A stretch of DNA of 64,000 bases from an uncultured Gemmatimonadaceae bacterium (lineage in GTDB: Bacteria; Gemmatimonadota; Gemmatimonadetes; Gemmatimonadales; Gemmatimonadaceae), in the NCBI GenBank assembly GCA_963761305.1, contig CAVXGK010000002.1, forward strand, positions 1,024,001 through 1,088,000. The letters are read 5' to 3'. Of the stretch, positions 10,716 through 21,019 are shown piece after piece. A program made the translations under genes and the position numbers. A model generated the notes under the pieces. It was not told where the DNA came from and searched no databases. It saw nothing but the letters and a program-made list of their open reading frames with translations. Within the stretch, counting starts at the first letter, position 1; every line of letters begins with the position of its first letter.

Positions 10716-10820
10716 CGCGTTCGCCGCGTCGTACATGTGTAGCACGCGTAGCGCCCGACCACCCTCGGCGAAGCAACGTGTGAGAGCTATCAGAGAACTC
10801 TCAACCGAAGGAGACGGGAC

Positions 10821-11534
10821 ATGCAGCACAGCATCAGTGGGGCGGTACGGTGGTTCGATGGCGCCGCGGGCCGCGGCCTGGTCTTGGCGGCGCTCGTCGC
10901 CGTCGGTGCCTGTAGCGACAACAACAATTCCGTGGCGCCTTCGGCGACCGCGGTCACGGTCGTCGCGGCGACCAACGGTCAGACCGCGGTCGTGGGGACG
11001 GCGCTGGCGCAGCCCGTCGGAGTGCTGGTGGTCGATCAGAACGGCGCGCCGCTGCCGAATGCGACGGTGACGTGGACGATCCAGTCGGGCGCGGGCAGCG
11101 TGGCCTCATCGACGAGTACCACGGACGCGAACGGCAACGCGACCGTCGTGTGGACCATGGGCACGATCGCCGGAACAGACTCGCTCGAAGCATCGATCGC
11201 CGCCGGCGCGAACGCATTCATCGCGGCCACGGCCACGGCCGGACCGGCGTCGCAGCTGACAATCACCAGCGGCGGCACGCAGACGGTCACGGCGGGCGCG
11301 GTGACCGCGCCACTCGTCGTGAAAGTGGCCGACCAGTTCGCGAACCCGGTCGCCAGCGCGACGGTGACGTGGGCGGTGACCGGCGGCGGAACGTTGAGCG
11401 CGACGACGTCGACGACCGACGCCACCGGCACGACGCAAGTGACGCTGACGACGCTCGCGGCACCAGGGAGCTATACCGTGACCGCGACCAGCGGCACCCT
11501 CACGCCGGTCACATTCACCATTACCGCGATGTAG
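10821..11534 (+). CDS. Ig-like (Big_1-type) domain lipoprotein
   Basis: Lipobox VGAC; two Thr/Val-rich repeats with DQNGAP/DQFANP and TTDANG/TTDATG; GGAGA RBS. Confidence 0.8.
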   Translation: MQHSISGAVRWFDGAAGRGLVLAALVAVGACSDNNNSVAPSATAVTVVAATNGQTAVVGTALAQPVGVLVVDQNGAPLPNATVTWTIQSGAGSVASSTSTTDANGNATVVWTMGTIAGTDSLEASIAAGANAFIAATATAGPASQLTITSGGTQTVTAGAVTAPLVVKVADQFANPVASATVTWAVTGGGTLSATTSTTDATGTTQVTLTTLAAPGSYTVTATSGTLTPVTFTITAM

Positions 11535-11546
11535 CCGCGTTTCCTC

Positions 11547-11579
11547 GCACGGGGCGCGGCAATTCTGCGCGCCCCGTGC
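11547..11579. terminator. GC-rich hairpin between convergent genes
   Basis: GCACGGGGCGCG...CGCGCCCCGTGC 12-bp stem. Confidence 0.55.
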
Positions 11580-11616
11580 ACTCCTGCCCGCGTCTCGAGC
11601 AGGCCACGACCCGACT

Positions 11617-12393
11617 TCAATAGCGTTCGGGTATCAGCGCGAAAGACAGGTCGGCTTCCTCGTAGCCCTTGGACTTCTGGTGCGGTGGAAGTTTGTCCTT
11701 GAATTTTGGCACGGCCGGGCATGGGAACAGGCTGACTAGGTGGGCGATCACGTTGAGCCGCGCTCGACGTTTGTCGACCGAGGGCACGATGATCCACGGC
11801 GCCCATTCCGTGTGCGTGCGCGGAATCATCTCGTCGCGAGCACGGGAGTAGTCGGTCCAGCGTTTGTGCGACTCGAGGTCCATCGGTGACAGCTTCCATC
11901 GCCGCCGGGGGTCCTTGATGCGGCGCTTGAACCGGCGGGTCTGTTCCTCCTTGCTCACTTCCAACCAGAACTTGACGAGCACGATCCCGTCTTCCACGAA
12001 CACCTTCTCCATGCGCGGGATCTCGTCGAGGAATTGCTCTACCTCGGCCGGCGTGCAAAAGCCCATCACTCGCTCGACGCCGGCGCGGTTGTACCAGGAG
12101 CGGTCGAAGATCACGACCTCTCCCGCCGCCGGCAGGTGAGCGACGTAGCGCTGCATGTAGATCTGACTTTTCTCACGGTCGGTCGGCGCCGGGAGGGCGA
12201 CGGTCCGGAAGATGCGCGGACTGACGCGCTCCGTGAGGTGACGGATCGTGCCGCCCTTCCCCGCCGCGTCGCGCCCTTCGAAGAGCACGCACACCCGAAG
12301 ACCCTTCTTCACGACCCAGTGCTGGAGCGCCACCAGCCCGACGTGCAGGCGGCTGAGCTCCGCCTCGAATTCCTTTCGCTTGAGCCGGCTCAT
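11617..12393 (-). CDS. ppk2: Polyphosphate kinase 2
   Basis: EGRDAAGKGG Walker A; FDRSWYNRAGVE; WKLSPMD. Confidence 0.95.
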   Translation of the reverse strand: MSRLKRKEFEAELSRLHVGLVALQHWVVKKGLRVCVLFEGRDAAGKGGTIRHLTERVSPRIFRTVALPAPTDREKSQIYMQRYVAHLPAAGEVVIFDRSWYNRAGVERVMGFCTPAEVEQFLDEIPRMEKVFVEDGIVLVKFWLEVSKEEQTRRFKRRIKDPRRRWKLSPMDLESHKRWTDYSRARDEMIPRTHTEWAPWIIVPSVDKRRARLNVIAHLVSLFPCPAVPKFKDKLPPHQKSKGYEEADLSFALIPERY

Positions 12394-12573
12394 GCTACCC
12401 GACGCTCCTGTCTGGCGTGTCTCGAATTTCCCGAGGGCGTGGCGAACGACTCAAGTTTCAAGCCGAATGGCAGGTGGACCGGCGGAAAGGCGAACAGGGC
12501 CGGTGACCAAAGTCCCATCATCCTGTCCGGGTCTTGCAGCTAGATCTCGCCTTCTGTAAAACGGAGTGGCTTC

Positions 12574-13518
12574 GTGGCGGAGCGCGGGCCGGGGGGCGAG
12601 CGAGCAAGCGGCGGTCTCGGGCACTCGGTCGGTCCGCAGACGTCGTGGCGCACGACCGCTGCCGGCGACTATCTCGCCGAGTTTTTTGGCACCTTCGTCC
12701 TGATCGTCTTCGGTTGCGGCGTCGTTGCGACGACCGTGGCCGCGCTGCCGGAATCGGGTCGTACCGAAACCGCGTTCCTCGCCGGAGGCGACTGGCTCAT
12801 CGTCAACGTGGGCTGGGGAATGGCGGTCACGTTCGGCGTGTACGTGGCCGGCGGAGTGAGCGGCGCCCATCTCAACCCGGCGGTCACGCTCGCCTTCGCG
12901 GCGCGCCGAGGCTTCCCGTGGTCCAAGGTCCCCGGCTACATCGTTGCCCAGGTGCTCGGCGCGTTCGTCGGCGCCGCCCTCGTGTTCGGCCTCTTCGCGC
13001 AGGCGATCGGGGCATATGAGATCGCTCACGGCATCGCGCGCAACGGCGGGTCGAGCGCCGGCATCTTCGTCACCGGACCGGCGGTCTACTTCTCGACCTA
13101 CTGGGGACCGATGATAACCGAGATCGTCGGCACCGCGTTCCTGGTCATCTTCATCCTGGCCGTGAGCGACCCAATGAGTACGCCCCCGCGGGCGAATCTC
13201 GGTCCGCTGGTGCTCGGCCTCGCCGTGTTCGCGATCGGCGCGTCGCTGGGCGCGAACACCGGGTACGCCATCAACCCGGCGCGCGACTTCGGCCCTCGTG
13301 TGTTGACCTGGATCGCTGGCTGGGGAGACGCCGCGTTTCCCGGCGTTGCCGGAAAGCTCCGCGCGTACTGGTGGGTCCCAGTTGTCGCGCCGATCATCGG
13401 TGGCCTGGCCGGCGCCGTCGTCTACGATCTCCTGATCCAGCAGGTGCTGGCCGCCCGCAACACGCGAGCGACGCCGCGCGCCCTGGTGCGCGGCGAGGTC
13501 ATCGTCGATGAAGAGTGA
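12574..13518 (+). CDS. glpF: MIP family aquaglyceroporin (glycerol uptake facilitator)
   Basis: HLNPAVT and AINPARDFGPR NPA motifs; directly upstream of glpK. Confidence 0.9.
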   Translation: MAERGPGGERASGGLGHSVGPQTSWRTTAAGDYLAEFFGTFVLIVFGCGVVATTVAALPESGRTETAFLAGGDWLIVNVGWGMAVTFGVYVAGGVSGAHLNPAVTLAFAARRGFPWSKVPGYIVAQVLGAFVGAALVFGLFAQAIGAYEIAHGIARNGGSSAGIFVTGPAVYFSTYWGPMITEIVGTAFLVIFILAVSDPMSTPPRANLGPLVLGLAVFAIGASLGANTGYAINPARDFGPRVLTWIAGWGDAAFPGVAGKLRAYWWVPVVAPIIGGLAGAVVYDLLIQQVLAARNTRATPRALVRGEVIVDEE

Positions 13519-13570
13519 GCTCTCTTCCCGCCGCATCGCGTCCACAGCAGCAAGTCCGAGGAGGTAACGC

Positions 13571-15076
13571 ATGGCCCGGTACGTCGGCGCGATCGATCAG
13601 GGCACGACGAGCACGCGCTTTATGATCTTCGACTCCGCGGGACGCCCGGTCGGCGTCGCGCAGAAGGAGCACGAGCAAATCTTCCCGAAGGCAGGCTGGG
13701 TCGAGCACCGACCCGCCGAGATCTGGGAACGCGCGCAAGAGGTGATCGCCGAGGCGCTCGACTCGGCCGGCGTCACAGCCTCCGACCTGGCCGCGATCGG
13801 CATCACGAATCAACGCGAGACGAGCGTGATCTGGGATCGCGCCACCGGCGAGGCGGTGTCGAACGCGATCGTGTGGCAGGACACGCGCACCGACCGTCTC
13901 TGCCGCGAGCTGGGCGGGTCGAAGGGACAGGATCGCTTTCGCGCCAGCACCGGTCTCCCTCTCGCCACGTATTTCTCGGGACCGAAGATTCGCTGGATCC
14001 TCGACAACGTGCCGGGCGTACGCGAGCGCGCCGAGGCCGGCGAAGTCCTCTTCGGCACGATGGATACGTGGATGATCTGGAACCTGACCGGCGGATCCGA
14101 CGGCGGGGTGCACGTCACGGACGTCACGAACGCGAGCCGGACGCTGTTGATGGATCTCGAAACACTCGACTGGGCGCAGGAGAACCTCGACGCGATCGGC
14201 GTGCCGCGTTCGATGTTGCCGGAGATCCGCTCCTCGAGCGAGGTGTACGGCGAGGCGCGGATTCCCGCGCTCGCCGGCGTGCCCGTCGCCGGCGACCTCG
14301 GGGATCAGCAGGCCGCTCTGTTCGGTCAGACGTGCTTCAACGACGGCGACGCGAAGAACACGTACGGCACGGGGAATTTCCTTCTGCTCAACACCGGCAC
14401 CCGCGCGGTGCATTCGAAGAACGGCCTGATCACGACGGTCGGCTATCGCCTCGGCGAGGCCCCGGCGGTGTATGCGCTCGAGGGCTCGATCGCGATGGCC
14501 GGCGCGCTCGTGCAGTGGCTGCGCGACAATCTCGGGCTGATCAAATCGGCGGCCGAAGTCGAGGATCTCGCCCGCACAGTCGACGACAACGGCGGCGCCT
14601 ACTTCGTCCCCGCGTTCTCGGGACTCTTCGCGCCATACTGGCGCAGCGACGCGCGCGGCGTGATCGCCGGGCTGACTCGCTTCATCAACAAGGGCCACAT
14701 CGCGCGCGCGACGCTCGAAGCGACGGCGTTCCAGGGCCGAGAGCTGGCCGAGGCAATGGAGGCCGACGCTGGAATCAAGCTGGAATCGCTCAAGGTCGAC
14801 GGCGGCATGGTCAAGAACGAACTGCTGATGCAATTCCAGGCGGACATCCTCGGCGTGCCGGTGGTCCGCCCGGAGATCGTCGAGACCACCGTGCTTGGCG
14901 CGGCCTACGCCGCGGGCCTGGCCGTGGGGTTCTGGCAGATGGACGACCTGCGCGACAAATGGGCCGAGGACAAACGCTGGTTGCCGCAGATGGAAGCGCC
15001 GACCCGCGAGCGGCAGTACGCGATGTGGAAGAAGGCGGTGACGCGAACGTTCGACTGGGTGGAGAACGACGACTAG
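13571..15076 (+). CDS. glpK: Glycerol kinase
   Basis: [57 protein letters not shown]. Confidence 0.97.
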   Translation: MARYVGAIDQGTTSTRFMIFDSAGRPVGVAQKEHEQIFPKAGWVEHRPAEIWERAQEVIAEALDSAGVTASDLAAIGITNQRETSVIWDRATGEAVSNAIVWQDTRTDRLCRELGGSKGQDRFRASTGLPLATYFSGPKIRWILDNVPGVRERAEAGEVLFGTMDTWMIWNLTGGSDGGVHVTDVTNASRTLLMDLETLDWAQENLDAIGVPRSMLPEIRSSSEVYGEARIPALAGVPVAGDLGDQQAALFGQTCFNDGDAKNTYGTGNFLLLNTGTRAVHSKNGLITTVGYRLGEAPAVYALEGSIAMAGALVQWLRDNLGLIKSAAEVEDLARTVDDNGGAYFVPAFSGLFAPYWRSDARGVIAGLTRFINKGHIARATLEATAFQGRELAEAMEADAGIKLESLKVDGGMVKNELLMQFQADILGVPVVRPEIVETTVLGAAYAAGLAVGFWQMDDLRDKWAEDKRWLPQMEAPTRERQYAMWKKAVTRTFDWVENDD

Positions 15077-15116
15077 GCTTCGCGTGCGGCCAGCGTAGAC
15101 TGTGCCGCCGGCCGAA

Positions 15117-15475
15117 TGGTGGTTGCGAGCTCACTGCTACGTGTCCCGCGTTCACCGCGGAGTGTCGCGAGCTCATTGGGAGGTGTCGCGACCTCACTGC
15201 GGGCGGACGCGAACTCATCGCGAAGTGTCGCGAAGTCACTACGAGGTGTCGCGAAGTCAACACGAGGTGTTGCGAAGTCACCGCGAAGTGTCGCGAGCTC
15301 ATTGCGAAGTGTCGCGAGCTCATTGCGAAGTGTCGCGAGCTCATTGCGAAGTGTCGCGAACGCATTGCGAAGTGTCGCGAGCTCATTGCGAAGTGTCGCG
15401 AGCTCATTGCGAAGTGTCGCGAACGCATTGCGAAGTGTCGCGAACTCATTGCGAAGTGTCGCGAACTCATTGCGA
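15117..15475. repeat. 21-bp tandem repeat, about 17 units
   Basis: Consensus GAAGTGTCGCGAGCTCATTGC; head-to-tail with no spacers; degenerate on the left, near-perfect from about 15285. Confidence 0.95.
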
Positions 15476-15860
15476 GGTGCTCCGCGTCAAGTGCCAAGTG
15501 ACGCCGCAGGAGTCTCAGGTGCCCGCGCCGAAGTCGAATGTGCCCATGAACGAGTCGGGCCGTCCCACACCCGGTATATGCACGAACCCGAAAAACGGTC
15601 TAGACTGTTTTCGCGCGTCGAGCATGTTCTAAGTGGGGATCGGTGTGGGCGCGCACGTACGGCAACGCGTCGCACCATCTCCGCGTCCACATTACACATC
15701 TACGGCGAAAAATTGAGCCTGACCCCGCGCGACCCGTGCTGATCGTCACCGAGCCGGGCGTCGGCTACCCGTTTCGGCATCCGGATGACGAGCTCTGACT
15801 ATTGATGGTTTCTTTGCGGCGCCGGTGGTGACTCGACGCACGCCGCACCGGTCAACCGGA

Positions 15861-17621
15861 ATGAGAGCGACACTTGCAGACCTTTTTGGAGGCGGTGCGG
15901 TGGATCGTGTGACGCGGTGGACAGTAGGGGCGATCGCGATCGCTGCGTGCGGCTGTGGCGGATCGACCGCGCCGATTCCGATGGAGTTGTCGCGACCAGC
16001 CGGCATTCGCGAGCTGACGGCCGACGAACAGGTGAAGCAGGCATTGTCCCGATTCACCTTCGGCACGCGCCCAGGCGACTTCGCCCAGGTCGAATCCATC
16101 GGGCTCGACCGCTGGCTTGGCGAACAACTGGAGCCAGACGGACTTGCCGATCCCGTCACGGATTCATTGCTCGCGTTGCTTCCCGTCGAGACTCACTCGA
16201 CAGCCGAGCTCGCGGACGCGTATCCGCCGCAGGATTTGTTCTTGAGATCGGTGCGGCGCGCGCATGGCTTGGCCGACAACGCGCCGTACACGATGACGTC
16301 CGACGACAGCGCGCGCTTCAAGACGCTCAACGATCAGGGCAACCGATTGGGCCAACAGGTGCTCACGGCGAAGCTCCTGCGCGACGCGACGAGCGAACGA
16401 CAGCTCCTCGAGGTCATGACCGACTTCTGGGAGAACCACTTCTCGGTGTTCGCCGGCAAGATGCCGACTCGATACACGTTGGCGTCCTACGACCGCGACG
16501 TGATTCGTGCCCACGCGTTGGGAAGGTTCCGCGATCTGCTCGGCGCCGTTGCTCACAGTCCGGCAATGCTCTACTACCTCGACAACTGGGACAGCCAATC
16601 GGACACGGCGCACCAGACCTTGGGCGAGTTGGAACGGATCGCAAAGGCGCGCACGCCGTTGCAGGTGGAGCAGATTCGCCTCGCCGCCAAGCGGCGCCGG
16701 CAGGGGCTCAACGAGAACTACGCCCGCGAGTTGATGGAGCTCCACACGCTCGGCGTGGACGGTGGCTACACGCAGCACGACGTGCAGGAGGTGGCGCGTG
16801 CGCTCACCGGGTGGACGATTCAGGATCCGCGCTCTGGCGGCGGCTTCGTCTTTCGACCCGAGTGGCACGACGCCGACGCGAAGCACGTCCTCGGCCACAC
16901 GCTTGCGCCGCGGCGCGGCGAAGAGGACGGCGAGGAGGTGCTCGACATTCTCGCCCGACACCCGTCGACGGCACACTTCGTCGCGACGAAGCTCGTGCGC
17001 CATTTCGTGAGCGACGATCCGCCGCCACTCCTCGTGGCGCGACTGGCGGAACGGTTTCGGGAGACGGACGGCGACGTTCGCCAGGTGATCGCCGCGCTGG
17101 TGACCAGCCCCGAGCTGTACAGCCGACAAGCCTACCACGCCAAGGTAAAAACGCCGTACGAGCTCGTCGTGAGCACCATGCGCGCGATGGAGGCGCGCCC
17201 GGACACCGCGGCGCGCGCGACGCAGCTGACGGCGCAACTCGGCCAGCCGATGTTCGGCCGCCTGACGCCGGACGGATGGCCCGACATCGGGACGGCGTGG
17301 CTGAACTCGGGGGCCATCATCCAACGGATCAACTTCGGCATGGGTACCGTGTCCGGCCGAGTGCCGGGCGTCGCGCTGGATCGATGGAGTCCGACACCAG
17401 CGTTGCGACCGCTCCCGTACCCGGCGCAAGTGGACGGCGTGATCAGCGCGCTGTTCGCCGGCGAGGCGTCACCCGACACGCGGGGCATTTTGATGAACGG
17501 ACTGAACCCGCTCGCCGACGCTGCAACGAAAGTCGCCGTCATGAACACCAACCCGAAGCCCGTGCCGTTCGCGCAGCTCGTCGGCTTGGCGCTCGGGGCG
17601 CCGGAGTTTCAGCGTCGATAA
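15861..17621 (+). CDS. DUF1800 domain-containing protein
   Basis: MTDFWENHF; SPAMLYYLDN; NENYARELMELHTLG; PDGWP; PEFQRR C-terminus; start uncertain. Confidence 0.9.
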   Translation: MRATLADLFGGGAVDRVTRWTVGAIAIAACGCGGSTAPIPMELSRPAGIRELTADEQVKQALSRFTFGTRPGDFAQVESIGLDRWLGEQLEPDGLADPVTDSLLALLPVETHSTAELADAYPPQDLFLRSVRRAHGLADNAPYTMTSDDSARFKTLNDQGNRLGQQVLTAKLLRDATSERQLLEVMTDFWENHFSVFAGKMPTRYTLASYDRDVIRAHALGRFRDLLGAVAHSPAMLYYLDNWDSQSDTAHQTLGELERIAKARTPLQVEQIRLAAKRRRQGLNENYARELMELHTLGVDGGYTQHDVQEVARALTGWTIQDPRSGGGFVFRPEWHDADAKHVLGHTLAPRRGEEDGEEVLDILARHPSTAHFVATKLVRHFVSDDPPPLLVARLAERFRETDGDVRQVIAALVTSPELYSRQAYHAKVKTPYELVVSTMRAMEARPDTAARATQLTAQLGQPMFGRLTPDGWPDIGTAWLNSGAIIQRINFGMGTVSGRVPGVALDRWSPTPALRPLPYPAQVDGVISALFAGEASPDTRGILMNGLNPLADAATKVAVMNTNPKPVPFAQLVGLALGAPEFQRR

Positions 17622-17671
17622 GGACGCGCGTTAGAGATTTCCAAGGCTCATTCCGTCCACCCGTCCACCCG

Positions 17672-20600
17672 CTACGGGATGACGGGCCTCGCCGGCGTAA
17701 TCACATGTGGCGTTCCCGCGAGCGCCTGGTTGATCTTCGCCACGCGACCGGCGACGATCGCATCCAGGCGTGCCTGCGCCTGATCCGCCTCCGTCTTGAG
17801 CTCGCCCATTCGGAGCATCTCGCCCGCGGTGGGCGGCATCATCGGCCGGCTGACCATGCCTGACACCGTCTGCGCCTCCTCGCGCAGACGCGGGTACTGA
17901 CGATAGCCGAGCCCCGGCAGCGGTCGCGCGAGCACCGAGTCGCGGAAGTGGCGGAGATCTTTGATCGTTCCGTCGATGTCGGTCTGCACCTCACCCTGCT
18001 GCGCGATGCCCGAGCCCTGCTCTCGGCGGAGCTGCGTCTGCAGCGACGTCAGTTGCGCGAGGAGATCGTCGGTGCCGGTAATCACGCGATTCACACGAGC
18101 CAGAATGTCGTTGAGTTGCGTCGCGGTTTGGTATTGCGCGGTGAGCTGCGCCGGAGTGATGTCGGATCGCGGATCGATCTCGACCTGAACCGGTTTCGTC
18201 AGCTGCTTGCCGTTGACCGACAACGCGACGGTGTAGACGCCGGGCAGCACGTCGAGTCCGCCTCCTCCGCCCCGGCCGCCGAAGTTTTCGTCGCCGGCGC
18301 CCTGGTCAGGATCGGCTTGCGCCGCGGCGCGCCGGGCGCGGAACGCCGCCAGCGACGTGTCGGCATCGGTCGCCGGCGCCGCCGCGCCGCCGCCGCCGCC
18401 GCCGCGTCCACCACGACCTCCGCCGCCTGCCGGCGCATCAGAGCGAAGGTCCCACGCCACGCGATTCACTCCAGCGTCGTCCGACACGCGGCGCATGCGA
18501 CGCACCGTGCGGCCATCCTTGTCGGTGATCGTGATGTTCACTTCGCTTGCCGGCTGCGACTTGAGGAAATACGTAATCAGCGCGCCCGGCGGCGGATTCT
18601 CACCCGTCCATTTTTTTTGCCCGAGGTTTCCGTCGCGGCTCCAGAGCACCCAGCGCGTCGCCGGGCGAATGTCGAAGAGCGTCGCGTCGGCGGTTTCCGC
18701 GGCCCCCAGGTTCTGAAGCGCCGAGATGTCGTCGATGATGTAGAGACCGCGTCCGTGCGTCGCGAGCAGAAGATCATTGTCTCGCGGATGCACCTGGATG
18801 TCGCGCACCGGCGTTGGCGGCAAGCCGCCGCGGATCGACACCCAGTGCGTGCCCTTGTCCCACGACGCCCACACGCCCATCTCGGTGCCGATGTAGAGCA
18901 GGTCGCGGTTGCGTGGATCCTCGCGCACGACGTGCGTCCAGGCCGCGGACGCCGGCAAGTCGCCCGTGATCTTGTGCCACGTCTTGCCGTAGTCCGTGGT
19001 CATGTACGCGTACGGCGAGTAGTCGTCGTCCTGATGGTGATCGGCCGCGACGTACGCGGTGCCCGCGGCGTAGTGCGACGCGTCGACCGTCGGGATCCAC
19101 GCGTTCGGCTTGAGGCCGGCCACGTTCGTGAAGGTGTTGCTCCAGGTTTTGCCGCCGTCGCGCGTCACCTGCACGTTGCCGTCGTCGGTGCCCACCCAGA
19201 TGACGTTCGAGTCGACCGGCGACGGCGCGATCGTGATGATCGTGCAGTGGAACTCGGCCGCGGTGTTGTCGACGACGATCGGGCCGCCCGAGCTCTCCTG
19301 CTTCTTCGGATCGTTCGTCGTCACGTCGGGCGAGATGACTTGCCACGACATGCCATAGTCCACCGACTTGAACAGCACGTTGCCGCCGAAGTACACCACC
19401 TTGGGATTGATCGGCGACAGCGCGATCGGCGAATTCCAGTTGAAGCGATACTTGTGGCTGATCATCGCGTCGCCCACCGAGCCGACGCGATTCGGATACG
19501 GATAGATCGTCTTCTGCGTCCCTGTGCGCGTGTCGGTGATGTTGATCATGCCGCCCTGGGCGTCGGAGTAGACGAGCCACGGCTTGTCCATCACCGGCAC
19601 CGTGAAGAAGCCGTCACCGCCCGAGACGGTGAACCAGTCGTTCTTACGGATGCCCTGCCCCGACAGCGCCTGACTCGGTCCACACCAGTTGCCGTTGTCC
19701 TGCAAGCCGCCGCATACCATATACGGGCGCTGCAGGTCGAAGTTGATGTGGTAGAACTGCGTGAACGGAAAGTTGTTCACGACCTCGAAGTTCTTGCCGC
19801 CATCGTAGCTCACCTGCCAGCCGCCGTCCGATCCGCTCAGGATGTACTTCGGGTTCATCGGGTCGATCCACATCGCCTGGTGGTCGCCGTGCACGTCGCG
19901 CGCGATCGTGCGGAAGTTCTGCCCGCCATCCTCCGACATGTAGAGCGATCCCGACAGCGAGAACACCCGGTTGGGATTCTGCGGGTCGACGCGAATGTCC
20001 GCATAGTAGAACGGACGGAAGTTGATGTTCGGATCGCGGTTCACGACGCGCCAATGATCGCCGGCGTCGTCCGACCGCCACAGCTCACCTTCGTTCTTTG
20101 TCTCACTCACGACGTACACGATCGACGGATCGCTCGGCGCCACGGCGATGCCGATGCGGTCCATGTCCGTCTTCGGCAGACCGCGCTCGCGATCCTTGCC
20201 CGAGAGGCGTTCCCACGTCTCACCGCCGTTGACCGAGCGATAGACCGCCGTGTTCCCGCCGCCCGACTCGAGATGCCACGCCCAGCGCCGATACGTGTAC
20301 ATGCCCGCGTACAGAATGTTCGAGTTGCCGGGATCGGCCGCGATGTCGGAGCACGCGGTCTGCGAATCGACGAAGAGAACCTTTCGCCACGTCTTGCCGC
20401 CGTCGATCGTCTTGAACACACCGCGCTCTTCGTTCGGGCCCCACTCCCGACCGAGTCCACACGCGTATAGGACGTCCGGATTCTTCGCGTCGATCACGAT
20501 GCGCGCGATCTTGTCGCTCTGCACGAGCCCGATGTGGGTCCAGTGCTCGCCGGCGTCGACGGACTTGTACATCCCATCGCCGATCGACGCGTTGTTGCGC

Positions 20601-20920
20601 GGATTCTCTTCGCCGCTGCCGACGTAGATGATGTTCGGATCGCTCGGTGCGACGGCGATGGCGCCGATCGAAGCGACGGATTCCTTGTCGAAGATGGGCT
20701 TGAACGTGATGCCGCCGTTCGTCGTCTTGATGATGCCGCCGTTCGCGCCGGCGACGTAATACACGTCGCGATTGCCTGGCACGCCGGCCACGACGGAGAC
20801 GCGCCCCGCGTTGTTCGCCGGACCGAGCGAGCGCCAGTGGAGGTTTCGCAGTTGCTCGGGCGTTTGCGCGGTGAGGGACGCGGCGAGAAGCAGCGGTGAG
20901 ACGAGCAACAGGACGCGCAT
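17672..20920 (-). CDS. Secreted BNR/Asp-box repeat (VPS10/sortilin-like) glycosyl-hydrolase-like protein
   Basis: Signal peptide; WRSLGP; many S/TxDxGxTW repeats (YKSVDAGEHW, FKTIDGGKTW, VTRDGGKTW). Confidence 0.85.
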   Translation of the reverse strand: MRVLLLVSPLLLAASLTAQTPEQLRNLHWRSLGPANNAGRVSVVAGVPGNRDVYYVAGANGGIIKTTNGGITFKPIFDKESVASIGAIAVAPSDPNIIYVGSGEENPRNNASIGDGMYKSVDAGEHWTHIGLVQSDKIARIVIDAKNPDVLYACGLGREWGPNEERGVFKTIDGGKTWRKVLFVDSQTACSDIAADPGNSNILYAGMYTYRRWAWHLESGGGNTAVYRSVNGGETWERLSGKDRERGLPKTDMDRIGIAVAPSDPSIVYVVSETKNEGELWRSDDAGDHWRVVNRDPNINFRPFYYADIRVDPQNPNRVFSLSGSLYMSEDGGQNFRTIARDVHGDHQAMWIDPMNPKYILSGSDGGWQVSYDGGKNFEVVNNFPFTQFYHINFDLQRPYMVCGGLQDNGNWCGPSQALSGQGIRKNDWFTVSGGDGFFTVPVMDKPWLVYSDAQGGMINITDTRTGTQKTIYPYPNRVGSVGDAMISHKYRFNWNSPIALSPINPKVVYFGGNVLFKSVDYGMSWQVISPDVTTNDPKKQESSGGPIVVDNTAAEFHCTIITIAPSPVDSNVIWVGTDDGNVQVTRDGGKTWSNTFTNVAGLKPNAWIPTVDASHYAAGTAYVAADHHQDDDYSPYAYMTTDYGKTWHKITGDLPASAAWTHVVREDPRNRDLLYIGTEMGVWASWDKGTHWVSIRGGLPPTPVRDIQVHPRDNDLLLATHGRGLYIIDDISALQNLGAAETADATLFDIRPATRWVLWSRDGNLGQKKWTGENPPPGALITYFLKSQPASEVNITITDKDGRTVRRMRRVSDDAGVNRVAWDLRSDAPAGGGGRGGRGGGGGGAAAPATDADTSLAAFRARRAAAQADPDQGAGDENFGGRGGGGGLDVLPGVYTVALSVNGKQLTKPVQVEIDPRSDITPAQLTAQYQTATQLNDILARVNRVITGTDDLLAQLTSLQTQLRREQGSGIAQQGEVQTDIDGTIKDLRHFRDSVLARPLPGLGYRQYPRLREEAQTVSGMVSRPMMPPTAGEMLRMGELKTEADQAQARLDAIVAGRVAKINQALAGTPHVITPARPVIP

Positions 20921-21019
20921 GTTTGCGACCCTCAAAGGCAGGACGAATGGCTTGCGGCGGTCGACGCCAAACATACTGTCAAGTCGGGCGGGCCGCAGTC
21001 GAAACGGCCGGATGACTGG

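Noticed and set aside
15117..15475. CRISPR array
   Set aside because: Units are contiguous with no unique spacers, and no cas genes are in the window
17948..20470. Long antisense or alternate-frame ORFs (e.g. 840 aa here, 3250-5403, 8432-10561, 33695-35719)
   Set aside because: Shadow ORFs of high-GC genes; Arg/Ala-rich with no motifs
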